A program made the translations under genes and the position numbers. A DNA stretch of 63,761 nt, counting the filler, from Octopus bimaculoides (lineage: Eukaryota): NCBI RefSeq assembly GCF_001194135.2. It is 4 parts of 4 records of this genome, joined end to end, with 100 filler letters (N's around TTAATTAATTAA, not from the genome) between each part and the next. Parts side by side here need not be neighbours in the genome. Positions count along the whole stretch, not along the records: positions 1 to 27,386 come from NC_068996.1; 3 more parts are not named here. One strand, written 5' to 3'. Positions within the stretch are counted from its first letter, which is position 1, and every line of letters begins with the position of its first letter. The notes under the pieces were generated by a model that was given only the letters and a program-made list of their open reading frames with translations, ran no database searches and was not told the DNA's origin. Shown here piece by piece: positions 1 through 12,595 of the stretch.

Positions 1-171
1 CATTCACATATACATACATAAATACGTACATATATACATACACACATACGCACACATACATACATACTTAGTACATACATACATACAAACATACAAACAA
101 ACAAACATACAAAGCTAGAAACCGGTTCTTTCTCTATTGGCAAGATATCTTGAAATAAAACTGAACAATGA

Positions 172-390
172 CATACATACATACATACATACATACATAC
201 ATACATACACACATACATACATACATACATACATACATGCAGACATACATACATACTTACATACATCACATACATACATACATACATACATACATGTATA
301 TATGTATGTATGTGTGTGTGTATGTATGTATGTATGTATGTATGTATGTATGTATGTATGTATGTGTGTGTGTGTGTGTATGTATGTATG
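172..390. repeat. (ACAT)n followed by (ATGT)n microsatellites (mutually inverted)
   Basis: Directly visible tetranucleotide arrays; the overlapping HTYI/MYVC ORFs are repeat translations. Confidence 0.95.
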
Positions 391-643
391 TGTTCTATAT
401 GTTTGCATAGTTCTCTTCCCTTCCAATCTCCACCTTCCTCTTTCTCCACTTTTTAAATTTCCAAGCGTTCCAGTCGATTCTCTTCTAATCACTTTTGCCG
501 TTTATCTCTTATCATCTCATTCGTCTTCTTTTTGCTCTTCCTCTTCTATTACTTTATTTTCAAGTTTTCTCAGTCACTCACTCTCACTATCTCTATCTCT
601 ATCTCTATCTATCTATTCATCTATCTATCTGTATATCAATCAG

Positions 644-688
644 TCAATCAGTCAATCAATCAATCAATGTAGCTATATATCAATCTCC

Positions 689-775
<87 letters not shown>

Positions 776-918
776 GCGCATGCGCACACATTACTTCCAC
801 TTCATTTATTCCGCATTATCCGTCAGTATTTCATCTTCCTCCCATAAATGTTAACGTCCGAAACGTTAGTCTTCTTTTCTTCCTTGCAGTAAAATAATTG
901 ATTGCACCATATGAACTT
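644..918 (+). repeat. Inverted-duplication arm A1 (partner at 1959-2161)
   Basis: tcaatc...gtagcta...ctccagctctc...ttacttccacttc...ccgaaacgttagtc...catatgaactt is the reverse complement of 1959-2161, apart from a few substitutions and the (CT)n length. Confidence 0.92.
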
Positions 919-1480
919 TGATAGGGTTGACCCTCTCAAGACCTTTTGATAGGGTCGACCATCAATATTTGAAGTACATCGGTTTAGATCCCGTCTTCAG
1001 ATGCTGGATCGCTGCAATGAACAGCAACATCTGTTCGGTGGTCAAAGTAAATGACCATGTATCCGAATCATTTAGCATCGCACGTTCGGTCCGTGAAGTA
1101 TGCCCACCCTCGCCCCTTCTGTACGTGCTGGATCTCGAGTTATTACTGAGGAAGTTGGATGTTTTGAGGGGCAGCCAGCGTGAACTAGGATGCGAAAGGT
1201 TCGTGTTGATTTATGTCGATGACGTCACTGTAATAGTGTCGGACATCTCGGAAATCGAGGTGGTCGGCACTGCTCTAAGAGAGTACGAAGCGGTGACGGG
1301 AACAAAGATTAACCAGAAGAAGTCTGTGGGCCTGGAGAGGCGGTCAGTCACTTGGAGAGGCGGTCAGTCCACGCCGATGAAACCGTTCTGAATGCACTCG
1401 TCCAGTGTCTGGGCATCGTTGACTTGTGGAGCTTTGTCGAACAGCTGTTGACGCATGTAGGACGGATCTATAAGAGGCAC
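919..1480 (+). mobile_element. L1/Tx1-clade non-LTR retrotransposon, RT 3' part fused to C-terminal region (degenerate)
   Basis: ORF 918-1391 gives FDRVDHQYL...SVREVCPPSPLLYVL...YVDDVTV...GTKINQKKSVGL (RT motifs). A shifted frame gives HADETVLNALVQCLGIVDLWSFVEQLL, resembling the L1/Tx1 C-terminal cysteine-containing region. Confidence 0.85.
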
Positions 1481-1958
1481 CATTACCAGATGATCTAGTG
1501 GTAGCAAGGTGGACTGTGGTAATGTAGAATATAATGTTGTTCACAGAAACACAATGGAGAGGGTGTGAGATAAACCCCCACCCATAGGATATCAGTTTAT
1601 CATAGTTAAACATTTTCAAAAATTAAATAATTTTCAATACAGTATGGAAATATAATAAAGAATAAAACGGTATAGTTTCCCGGGGGTGGGGCTTCAACCA
1701 TTCTCGGTAATATTCCATGTAGATGAGGCAAGTCAACATAGACTGAAGTGTTTTTGCCTGAAAACGCAGAAGAAATCATGTGGTAAACTTGAACTGATGA
1801 CCTTTAGAGAATATTGTCCAATATTTTATCCATTCACACAATTTTCCCTCGAGCTATGGATATAGAAAACTTGTAGAATTTGAAATAGATAAATAAACGA
1901 ATGGACAAATAAATAAATAAACTACTGCTGGTTAGAGTTGGAAAATATGAAGTACAAC

Positions 1959-2161
1959 AAGTTCATATGGTGCAATCAATTATTTTACTGCAAGGAAGAA
2001 AGGAAGACTAACGTTTCGGACGTTAACATTTATGGGAAGAAGATGAAAAACTGACGGATAATGCGGAATAAATGAAGTGGAAGTAATGTGTGCGCGTACG
2101 CGTGAGAGAGAGAGAGAGCTGGAGATTGATAGATAGCTACATTGATTGATTGTCTGATTGA
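1959..2161 (-). repeat. Inverted-duplication arm A2
   Basis: Reverse complement of 644-918. Confidence 0.92.
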
Positions 2162-4500
2162 TGTAAATTGATCAGGGGCCCCACGAATACCAACCTCTTT
2201 ACATACACTCTCTATGATGTGGCACATGAGGTTGAGATTGTAGTGGATAGATTTGTTCNNNNNNNNNNTGTAAATTGATCAGGGGCCCCACGAATACCAA
2301 CCTCTTTACATACACTCTCTATGATGTGGCACATGAGGTTGAGATTGTAGTGGATAGATTTGTTCGGGATAGCGCATGTCTGCGTGTCACCGACTAGCTT
2401 ATAGACGACATGTGCCAACCTCTTACCTAATACCTTGGCCAAAATCTTGTAATCTGCGTTCCGCAGAATTACGGGTGGTGAGCTGGCAGAGTCGTTAGCA
2501 CGCCGGGCGAAAATACTTAGTGGTATTTCGTCTGCCGTTACGTTTTGAGTTCAAATTCCGCCGAGGTCGACTTTGCCTTTCATCCTTTTGGGGTCGATAA
2601 ATTAAGTACCAGTTACGCATAAGGGTTGATGTAATCGACTTAATCCCTTTGGCTGTCCTTGTTTGTTCCCTCTATGTTTAGCCCCTTGTGGGCAATAAAG
2701 AAATAAGAATTACGGGCCTAAAATTAGCTATTCGGCTCCCTTTGTTCGGATCTTTTTTCAGCAGTACCACCACGCCACGAATTTTCCCGTTCTGATACAA
2801 GTTGTGGTAGACATCCTCCAAGAGATCACTGAATAAGTCTGGCAAATGAAGATAAAGCTAAGGACTGACCAACCAACCCCGGAGACTTATCCCTTGTGCT
2901 GCTCGTCATCGCTTCCCGTATGTCTTCGACTGTCTTCGGCATTTCACAGAACTCCATGTCTCTGACCGAGAGGCGTAGCGTGCCGTCGAGATAGGAGAAA
3001 TTTATCCCCGTCTCCGACACACTTTACGCTTTATACAGTTCAGTTAAGTACCGCTGAAATTCCGCACACATCTGCTTGGATTCAAGTAGCATGCGCCTGT
3101 CCTGACTCGTCAAAGAGATAAATGTGGTTTTGTTGCCACTTTGCACCTCCTCCACCCAAGTCCATCAAACGGCTTTCATTCCCTTTTGTCCTAGCGCACG
3201 TGCTCTAGCTCTGACAAAGCAACCTTCGTGTTTGGCATTGAAGAATTGATAAGGAGCCAATCTCGGCGTCACCACGTCAGTCGCCATACCTCTTCTAAGT
3301 GCCTCATACGAGCTTCCTAAGTCACCCTTTATTCTATATTTCTCTAACGCTATTTCTTTATTGAACCTTAATGCCTCTAGTCTAATAGCCTTTTTCGGGG
3401 CTATTCATCATCGGTTGTTGACCATTGCACCCGACAACTTCCGATGGAATAACTTGCTAACTCGGTCTTGGAAAGTTTGACGTGCTTGGAAAGATGCATT
3501 CAGCTTCCTGTATCCAGGGCCCTGCCTACGGGTCCTATCTTGGTCAACCGTAAAGAACACAAATTTGTGATCTGTGTAGCCGATGTCTTAGAATTGAGGA
3601 CAGCTTATGCTACTTCTATCTGCAGGCCTACAAATTACTCAATCTAGATACGATCTGGAAGACCAGATACTGCTTTCCTATGTCCACCTTAGCACATTCG
3701 GGAAATCGAGTTGATACCTATCAGCCAATTGGAAGTGACTGAGCAAGTTTGTGAGACTTTATGCCCCCATCTCTTATCACCTAACCCCACCCTATCCAGG
3801 CGTGTGTCCAAGATGGCGTTCCAAGCGCCAACTAGAACTAAAAAGCGAGGTGTCCCAAGGAAGATCACCAACCGTCTGGCCGCCCCACCCCAGTAGGGGG
3901 CGGGTACGCAACGACTAATCTAAAAGCACCGCCTTCGCTATTGCTCACACATAAGACCACCAACATACCATTCGGGTCAAGGAATATCATCCGTACCTCT
4001 AGATCTAACCCTTTTCTAAACATCACTGCCACCCCGCCTCCTATTCCAAGCCGACTAAGAGACGCGTTGATCTCAAAATGGTGGTGGGGGGTGTATCAGC
4101 TAATAGTGTTGTTGCTATTGTTGGTGTTGGTGTTTTTCAAACATTTGGTGATTTTGCTGTTCCTGTTATTGATGATGCCGCTGTTGCCGGGGTTGATGCC
4201 GTTTTTTGTTGTTGATCGTCGCTGGTCTAGTTGCTAAGGCTCTGGGAGACCAGCTGTTGGCAATAAATGGGCCCTATAGTTCCCCGTCATCTGTTGGGGG
4301 TAGAAGGCTCTCAAGTGGCTAGTCTCACTGCACAGGTGACACCGTAACAAGCATCACTTCCCATCCCGGAAGGCGAATGAGGTCTGGAACCTTGGGAATC
4401 GTGTTTGGTCTAATGTGCAGGAGCATCACTGCACTCATCCCAGACTAGTTATCGCGAAGGGTTTGCTTCATCTCCCATCCGGGACACTGTTAAGTTTCTG
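2162..4500 (-). mobile_element. L1/Tx1-clade retrotransposon, 5' part (ORF1 remnant, APE endonuclease, RT N-terminus), frameshifted
   Basis: Minus-strand peptides: LVLVGAWNAILDTRLDRVG (APE GDxN motif region), IREAMTSSTRDKSPGL, NFRPVILRNADYKILAKVLGKRLA...QTCAIPNKSIHYNL, ending at ...LINLHQS. The 5' boundary is approximate. Confidence 0.85.
2476..2705 (+). mobile_element. tRNA-derived SINE (family 1) inserted in the Tx1 RT
   Basis: Head gagctggcagagtcgttagc...gagttcaaattcc, central gaggtcgactttgcctttcatcc...gtcgataaattaagtaccag. 11-bp TSD agaattacggg at 2465-2475 and 2706-2716; removing the insert restores NFRPVILRNADYK. Confidence 0.92.
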
Positions 4501-4728
4501 AGATCTTCTTTCTCAGTTTTCCTTCCTAAATACAATTTTTCTCTCCGACAGCGAACCACAAAGTGTCTGACAGCTTCAGTCTTTGGACAGCACCGAAATG
4601 CAAGCAAATTGTTTGACTCTCAAAATGTGCCAAATGTCGAACATTATTTCTTTTTATGCTCCTTCCACGTCCGTCTGATTAGCTGTCGCCGGCTGTTTTG
4701 TGTTTATGGAAACACATTTATAAAATAC

Positions 4729-4781
<53 letters not shown>

Positions 4782-5577
4782 CTCCGACACCCCGGTGGGG
4801 ATGGCTCTGTCATCCCCTGATTTTTCCCAGCCTGATCAGTTTAGTTACTTGGGCTTGACCTCTGTCTTTTCGCAGGATAATCATCCTGTATAGTTCTGTG
4901 CTATTAGCAGCCGTTGCTGCGAATGTACTGTTGTTGATGTTATCGTTGTTATTCTCATTGGAAATATTGTCGTTGTTTAAGTTGTCAAGGCTATTGTTCT
5001 GTTTTTTTTTTTCTGCACTATCATAATTTTTGTTGTTGTAGTAGTGGTGGATGTGTTGGGGGTGGAAGTAATGGCTGAGTGCGAAGTCTTATTCTTGTCA
5101 CTGTCGGTCGATATTTTTGGTATCTCAGTAAATGATTACTGCGGGGAAATCAGTTTATAATTGGAATTAAACTCTCGCGCTCTGCTGTTCTTTTTTACTG
5201 CTATGCCTGTTTGTTGTCATAGTGGTATTGTGGTCCACTATACTTTGAACTTTGTGAGTGCTAACCTCCACTCCTATCTAGGGGTAGAAAGACTCTGACG
5301 TGTCTTGCAACTCACTAACAAAGCTACCACTTATTGCCTCTTCCATGTCTCTTAGCAGGGCAGACATAGCCATATAAAATTGTTTTTTTCCCAAAACAAA
5401 ATGGAATTTTTCCTTTCGTAATTGAGTCCACAAAGGAACACAAACATACAAACCAACCAACCCTATGGCAATGGTTTCAACAAACATTTTGCCACAAAAT
5501 AAACATTCTACAGCTTTTGAAGGCAAAAATTAAAACAATAATATGAGGAGCGAAAAGACATGCGTTCATCTAGTACG

Positions 5578-5589
5578 AATAAAAATAAA

Positions 5590-5627
<38 letters not shown>

Positions 5628-5704
5628 CAACAACAACATCATCATCAACAACAAGAATAACAACAACAATAATAATAATAATTATAATAATAATAATAAT
5701 AATA

Positions 5705-5748
<44 letters not shown>

Positions 5749-5887
5749 AATAATAATAATAATAATAACAATAACAATAACAACAACAACAACAAGAATA
5801 AAAACAACAACAACAAGAATAATAATAACCACAACAACAGCAACAACAACAACAACAATAATAATAATAATAATGATGATAATAATC

Positions 5888-5919
<32 letters not shown>

Positions 5920-5920
5920 T
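5578..5920. repeat. Compound (AAT)/(AAC)/(GAT) trinucleotide array
   Basis: Directly visible. Confidence 0.95.
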
Positions 5921-7740
5921 AAGGAGAACAAATTTGAGAATGGCCTGGATGGACTATCGCAAAGCTTATGATATGATTCCATATTCGTGGATCATTGAGA
6001 GCTTAGGTCTGTTTGGAATTGTGAGGAATGTAACGTATTTCCTGAAGAGAAGTATGGTGGGGTGGAAAACTGAACTGACATCTTGCAGAAAAAGCGTGAG
6101 CACTCTGGAGATCAGAAGAGGGATTTTACAATGCGACAGCTTATCTCCGTTGCTTTTTGTTCTTTTCATGAGCCCACTGACCTTGATACTTAGGAGAATG
6201 AACCTGGGGTACCAACGAAAGGGAAAATCTCAAACAATCAACCATTTCCTCTTCTTGGATGATTTGAAGTTGTAGGATAAGGATGAGGCACAAGTGAGTT
6301 CTTTGATGGACACTGTCCACTGTTTTAGTGCTGATATTAGAATAGAATCCGGACTCAAGAATTGTGGCGTAATGTATGTGACAAGAGACGAGGTACATTC
6401 CCTAGCAGGGATAGAATTGCCGAATAGAGAACTGATTAAACAAATTAAAAAAGGAAGGCTACAACTACCTTGGCATGCTCGAGGAAATGATAGAGCAAGT
6501 GAGGATGGAGTATTTCCGAAGACTAAGTTTGGTGCTGCGCTCGAAATTAACCGGATGGAATAAGATCCAAGCGGTTAATACATGGGTGATAGCATCACTT
6601 CGGTATGGAGCTGGAATTATAAAATGGTAAAAGAAAGAAGTGAAGAAAAGGAATACGAAGACAAGAAAAATGTTGTCAATGTACGGAGCCTTCCACTCTA
6701 GGAGTGACACCGATAGGCTGTACTTGTCCAGAAGGAAGGGTGGGAGAGGTTCTACCAGTGTCCAGGACTGTATCGAAGTGAAGGAAAATAGTTTAGGATG
6801 GTATGTAAAAAATACTGTTGAACCATTGTAGAAACATGCGAAGGTCGGCGTCATTAAAACTGAGAATTGTGTTCAGAAAGAAAAATTTAAAGAGGAAAAG
6901 AACACAAAAAAGAAAAATCATGGAAGGAGAAAAAAATGTACAGTCGGTTTGCAAGAGATACAAACGCCAAGACAGATAGAAAAGACCGGTAGTTATGGAT
7001 GAGGAAGAGTAACTTGAAGACAGAGACAGAAGCACTCATGCGCAGCTCAAGATCAAGCATTAAGGGCTAACTATGTGAAGTGCAGAATCGACAGCACTAC
7101 TGACAGTAACAAATGCAGAATGTGTAGTGAGAGGGATGAAAGGATATGGCACACCGTTAACGAATGTCCGAAGTTGGCACAACGCGAATACAAAAGATGA
7201 CATGACAATGTGGCGAAAATGATCCACTGGGAACTCTGTGGAAATCACAGCCTACAAAGAGAAAAGACGTGGTATGAGAAAATCCCAGAAGGAGTCACTG
7301 AAAATGAGAACTGCAAAATCCTGTGGGATGTAATGATCCAGTGCGATCACCTGACCAGACATCGGAAACCGAACACTGTCGTGGTGAATTTTAAAAAGTG
7401 CATGATAATCGACATAGCATGTCTTGCTGACAACAGCAAAAAGAAAAAAATAAACAACTATGACGATCAGCAATGGAAAATATGAAGGTTGTGGTTAATG
7501 AGGAGAGTAGACGTGATACCAATAGTGATTGGTGCAGTTGGAAGTACCACCACTCAACTACCAACATGATTGGTGCAAGTGTGAATGCAGAACACCTACA
7601 ACAATCAGCATTGCTTGGAACTGCAAGAGTTCTTTGCAAGGCTCTTGCAGCATGACCAGTAGATAAATGTCACCTTAGTCTGCTGGCTGTGGACAGCTGA
7701 CACTTTCCATCATACCCAGCAAAATAAGCTGTGAGTTTTC
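5921..7740 (+). mobile_element. R4/Dong-clade non-LTR retrotransposon (RT plus restriction-like endonuclease), 5'-truncated and degenerate
   Basis: MAWMDYRKAYDMIPYSW...RRGILQCDSLSPLLF...NHFLFLDDLKL (RT); LYLSRRKGGRG; CRMC...ECPKLAQREYKR zinc region; IHWELC...KILWD...RHRKPNTVV...IIDIAC (RLE). Flanked by (AAT)n on both sides. Confidence 0.85.
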
Positions 7741-7778
7741 ATATAATAATAATAATTATTATTATTATTATTATAATC

Positions 7779-7874
<96 letters not shown>
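7741..7874. repeat. (AAT)n array
   Basis: Directly visible; 3' tail or target of the R4-type element. Confidence 0.95.
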
Positions 7875-7966
7875 GCCCGGATGCAGTACCAGGCAGTGGC
7901 TCTCATGGCTTCTGATTTTAACTGACTGGAAGTGTTATCATGTACATTCTTTTTTGTCTTGGTATA

Positions 7967-8560
7967 TAGTAAGTGAATGTAGCATACTGACACAGAAAGA
8001 ATGCAAGAAAAGACATGACAACTTAGGGAGAGTAATCCACTGGGAGTTATGTAGAAAGCTAAGATTTAAACATACTGATAAACGGTATGAACATGAACCT
8101 AGTAAAGTACTAGAAAGTAAGAAGCACAAGATGTTGTGGGACATTAATATCAGACTGACAGAGTAATAGAAGCTAGAAGGCCTGATTTAGTAGTAATAGT
8201 AGATAAAGAGTATATAAAATGCCAGATAATTGAGTTTACAGTCTCAAATGATGAAAAAATCAATATGAGAAGTATGGAAAAAAATAGCAAAGTACAAGGA
8301 CTTTGACTTACAGAGACTATGGAAAGTGTGGGTAAAATGTATCCCAGAAGTTATAGGTGCATTGGAAACAATCCCTAAAGATCTGAACAGATGGATAAAG
8401 GAAATAGGCATAAAACCCAGTTTAGTAGAGCTGCAGTAAACAGTGTTATTAGGGACAGATAGGATACTTAGGAGGGTTCTTGGCATCTAAGGTTATTTGT
8501 TGTAGCCTGATGTTTGGATTCTTTTCTTTTCCAACAGTTTAACCTGTTGTGCATAATGGA
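7967..8560 (+). mobile_element. Second, divergent R4/Dong-type 3' fragment
   Basis: IVSECSILTQKECKKRHDNLGRVIHWELC...KMLWDINIR...RRPDLVV (RLE region), followed by a 3' UTR and a (CAT)/(AAT)n tail. Confidence 0.8.
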
Positions 8561-8594
8561 ATAATAATCATCATCATCATCATCATCATAATAC

Positions 8595-8643
<49 letters not shown>

Positions 8644-8698
8644 AATAAATAAATAAATAAGTAAATAGAAAAATAAATGAATACATAAATAAATAAAC

Positions 8699-9230
8699 GC
8701 CCTGATACAGTATCAGGCACTGTCTCACGTGGCTTGGAAGTGTCATCATGTACATGTCTTTTCTTTTTTTTTTCTTGATATAAAAGATGGGCTACAGCAA
8801 ATATTCTGCTCAATACCACAGATTTGCTTGTCAGTTGTTTGACCTTAACCAGTTGAACATGTCCCTTGGTGGCTGACGTTATGTGCATCTCTGATCATGA
8901 GCAGAAGTAGTGGGGGAGCGTCATAGCCATGGGTTGAGAGGAGTTCTTTGGGGTTTGAATAATTCACCTCTGGAAACATGGGTGTTTTGCTCAACATACT
9001 TAAACAAACCTTATTCAGGGACCTTTTGACCAGGATGGGCTACTCGACCTGAAAAAAATTCTACTTGGGCCCCACCTGCGAAGTCATTTGCTGTTTATTT
9101 TGATATGAGATCACCATGTCGCGCACATATGGTTGTTATGCATGTGCCTGGTGTACCCTTATCAGACGAGTAGTCATGATGGGTATACTGGACTCCGTAT
9201 ATTTGTACCCCATGCGTTGCAGTCTCACTC
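8699..9230 (+). mobile_element. Non-coding interspersed repeat flanked by (AAT/AAAT)n arrays
   Basis: Its 5' end (gccctgatacagtatcaggc...ggaagtgtcatcatgtaca...ttgatata) is also present at 7875-7966. No meaningful ORF. Confidence 0.55.
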
Positions 9231-9251
9231 AATAATAATAATAATAATAAT

Positions 9252-9314
<63 letters not shown>

Positions 9315-9586
9315 CTATATAATTAATCTATATAATTAATCCATGGAGGAAAATACATTTTAATTAGTTGGAATTATGTGATATTTACTAAAAGAAAGCT
9401 GTTATTAAGTTTCCATTGTCTAGAAAATCCGTAAAAATTTCATTTTTTTTTTTTTTTACTCAGTCTGATTTTCAAAAATTTTCAACGAAACGATTTATAT
9501 TTAATTCCCTGCGAGCGTTTTTCCTTTTTTAATCTTAAACTGTGAGACAGCATTTTTGTAATGTCTTATTGTCGCCCCTTTCTCTC

Positions 9587-9681
<95 letters not shown>

Positions 9682-9842
9682 ATCTATCTATCTCTACCTA
9701 TCTATCTCTCCTTTTCTTGCTCCCCTTCTCTCTCTTTCTCTCTTTTTATATATTTCCAATAGTTAATTCCTTTGCTGAAACCTTCATCCGTTGCTGGGTT
9801 CTTAATACATTGTAGTATTAATGTTTCAATTCAAATACATAT

Positions 9843-9990
9843 GTTTACATTCTGAGCTCAAATTCCGCCGAGGTTGACTTTGCCTTTCATCCTTTCGGGG
9901 TCGATAAATTAAGTACCAGTTGCTTACTAGGGTTTATCTAATCGACTGGCGCTATCGTAAAAAATTTCGAGCCTTGTCCCTGGAGTAGAA
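9843..9990 (+). mobile_element. SINE family 1 fragment
   Basis: gagctcaaattccgccgaggttgactttgcctttcatcctttcggggtcgataaattaagtaccag matches 2476-2705. Confidence 0.88.
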
Positions 9991-10902
9991 AAAAATACAA
10001 ATATATATGTGAACGGAAAATCTTATGTGTTATAACCAACACTGCGTATTTCAATGTGATTTTCTCCAGTACACCCCTAACATTTTATGATGCCTTTAAA
10101 AAAACACTTTGGCTATCAGAGATGCTGAGTCTGCAATTTTTTAAAAAGTATTAACATTTTTAATAACAAACTAGTGAACAAAATATATATTACACAAAAC
10201 AAAATATATTAATACACATAAGCTTTAAAGAAATATATTTATATGCAAACTAAAATATATTCATACATAATTATCATATAAAGAATATATATTAGACTTT
10301 AAATGTTACTTTTTCTACTCTTTTTAAACTTTACCCAACAGTGGATGCTCAGAACTCTTCCCCTGTGATTAATTTACGCATACTTAATGCATGCACACAG
10401 AGAGAAAACATACTTTCTTTGCCACCAAGGGGATGAACATTTGGGAAAGCATTCAAGGGGCTGTTCTGAAAAAGATTTGAAATTACTCCAGCAGCTAATT
10501 CTAACTCCTTCTCAGTACGATCGCAGCAGAGGTGTGTGAGTGTCGGAATCTGAAATCATGACCTTGACATCATTTGAAACATAGAAAATTAAAAGTGATG
10601 TTTTTTTTTTTCTTGTGGTATGGTTGTTTGGTATACTATAGAATATACCCATGCAATCTCTGCTATTTCTAGCATAATAAATGAACACAAAGGGGATAGA
10701 CTACGATTTTGATTTAAAAATTGTGATTAAGACAGTGATAATAATGAGAGAAATATTTACTGAAAGAACAAAAGACAAAAAAGGTAAATTAGACATTACG
10801 TGTAAGAAAAATCACGTTATTGGGTATCAAATGTGCAAATATTATCGAGTTACTATCACAATACCGAACAGAGAGAGAGCAGTCTTTTTGCTAGTAGTAA
10901 CA

Positions 10903-10941
<39 letters not shown>

Positions 10942-11427
10942 GTCTCATTTGTTTCAGGAGCATCAGGTGAGGGGTACATTTCAAGGGCAGTCTGCAATTT
11001 GTATAGGGGTTTACATAAAAGATAAGGGGAACATAGAGAAAAGAATGTGAAATGAGATGGAAGCATATAACAGTTTGTGATAATATGAATGATACAGTCC
11101 CCTTGGTAAAGGAGAAACTCCAGCTAGGGCCAATCTAGGAACCCCCACAGATCCAGATTTAGCCTGACAACCAAAAGCACAAGCCCTCTCTCAACTGTTG
11201 TTCTCCACCCCTACATTCACGTCCATTCATTTTAACCATTTTTGCTACCGTCACCCACCCTTTTACAAATTCATAGGGGAGAGCAATTCGCTCTCCAGTA
11301 ATAATGGTTTCAAATTTTGGCACAAGGCCAGAACGTAAAGAGACAGAGGAAATGCCACTACACATTTTCTCCGACGCGCTAACGATTCTACACCCTTGCC
11401 GCTTTAATAATAATAATAATAATAATC

Positions 11428-11637
11428 TTTTCTACTCTAGGCACAAGGCCCGAAATTTGGGAGGAGGGAGCCAGTCGGTTAGATCGACCCCAGTACTCAA
11501 CTGCTACTTATTTAATCGGCCTCGAAAGGATGAAAGGCAAAGTCGACCTCGGCGGAATTTGAACTCAGAACGTAATGACAGACGAAATACCACTAAGCAT
11601 TTTCGCCCGGCGTCCTAACCACTCTGCCAGCTCGTGC
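11428..11637 (-). mobile_element. SINE family 1, near full length
   Basis: Reverse complement matches the family 1 head and core; adjacent (AAT)n tail. Confidence 0.88.
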
Positions 11638-12525
11638 CACCAAAAACAACAGTACTACTACTAATAATAATTTTTTTTATTATTAAGTCAAGGGGTCACG
11701 ACTGGAGCACCTTTGATCTCATGTCTGCTCGATCAAGGTTGACCTTACTCTAAACAACAACAACAATAGCAACAACAATAACAACAATCCCATTGAATCT
11801 TAAGAGACATTTACGTTAGATTTGCAACACTTTGTATAACATTTGTTCAATTGTAAGTGAATCAAAACAAAAAATAACGATTTCTTTTAATAAGCACAAA
11901 ACACATAAAATAAAAGATTATATNNNNNNNNNNNNNNNNNNNNNNNNNNNNNNNNNNNNNNNNNNNNNNNNNNNNNNNNNNNNNNNNNNNNNNNNNNNNN
12001 NNNNNNNNNNNNNNNNNNNNNNNNNNNNNNNNNNNNNNNNNNNNNNNNNNNNNNNNNNNNNNNNNNNNNNNNNNNNNNNNNNNNNNNNNNNNNNNNNNNN
12101 NNNNNNNNNNNNNNNNNNNNNNNNNNNNNNNNNNNNNNNNNNNNNNNNNNNNNNNNNNNNNNNNNNNNNNNNNNNNNNNNNNNNNNNNNNNNNNNNNNNN
12201 NNNNNNNNNNNNNNNNNNNNNNNNNNNNNNNNNNNNNNNNNNNNNNNNNNNNNNNNNNNNNNNNNNNNNNNNNNNNNNNNNNNNNNNNNNNNNNNNNNNN
12301 NNNNNNNNNNNNNNNNNNNNNNNNNNNNNNNNNNNNNNNNNNNNNNNNNNNNNNNNNNNNNNNNNNNNNNNNNNNNNNNNNNNNNNNNNNNNNNNNNNNN
12401 NNNNNNNNNNNNNNNNNNNNNNNNNNNNNNNNNNNNNNNNNNNNNNNNNNNNNNNNNNNNNNNNNNNNNNNNNNNNNNNNNNNNNNNNNNNNNNNNNNNN
12501 NNNNNNNNNNNNNNNNNNNNNNNNN

Positions 12526-12595
<70 letters not shown>

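Noticed and set aside
840-875. ccGAAACGTTagtc hammerhead 3' half
   Set aside because: No CUGANGA half upstream.
2162-2365. 97-bp direct repeat either side of a 10-N gap
   Set aside because: An exact overlap of contig ends; most likely an assembly artefact.
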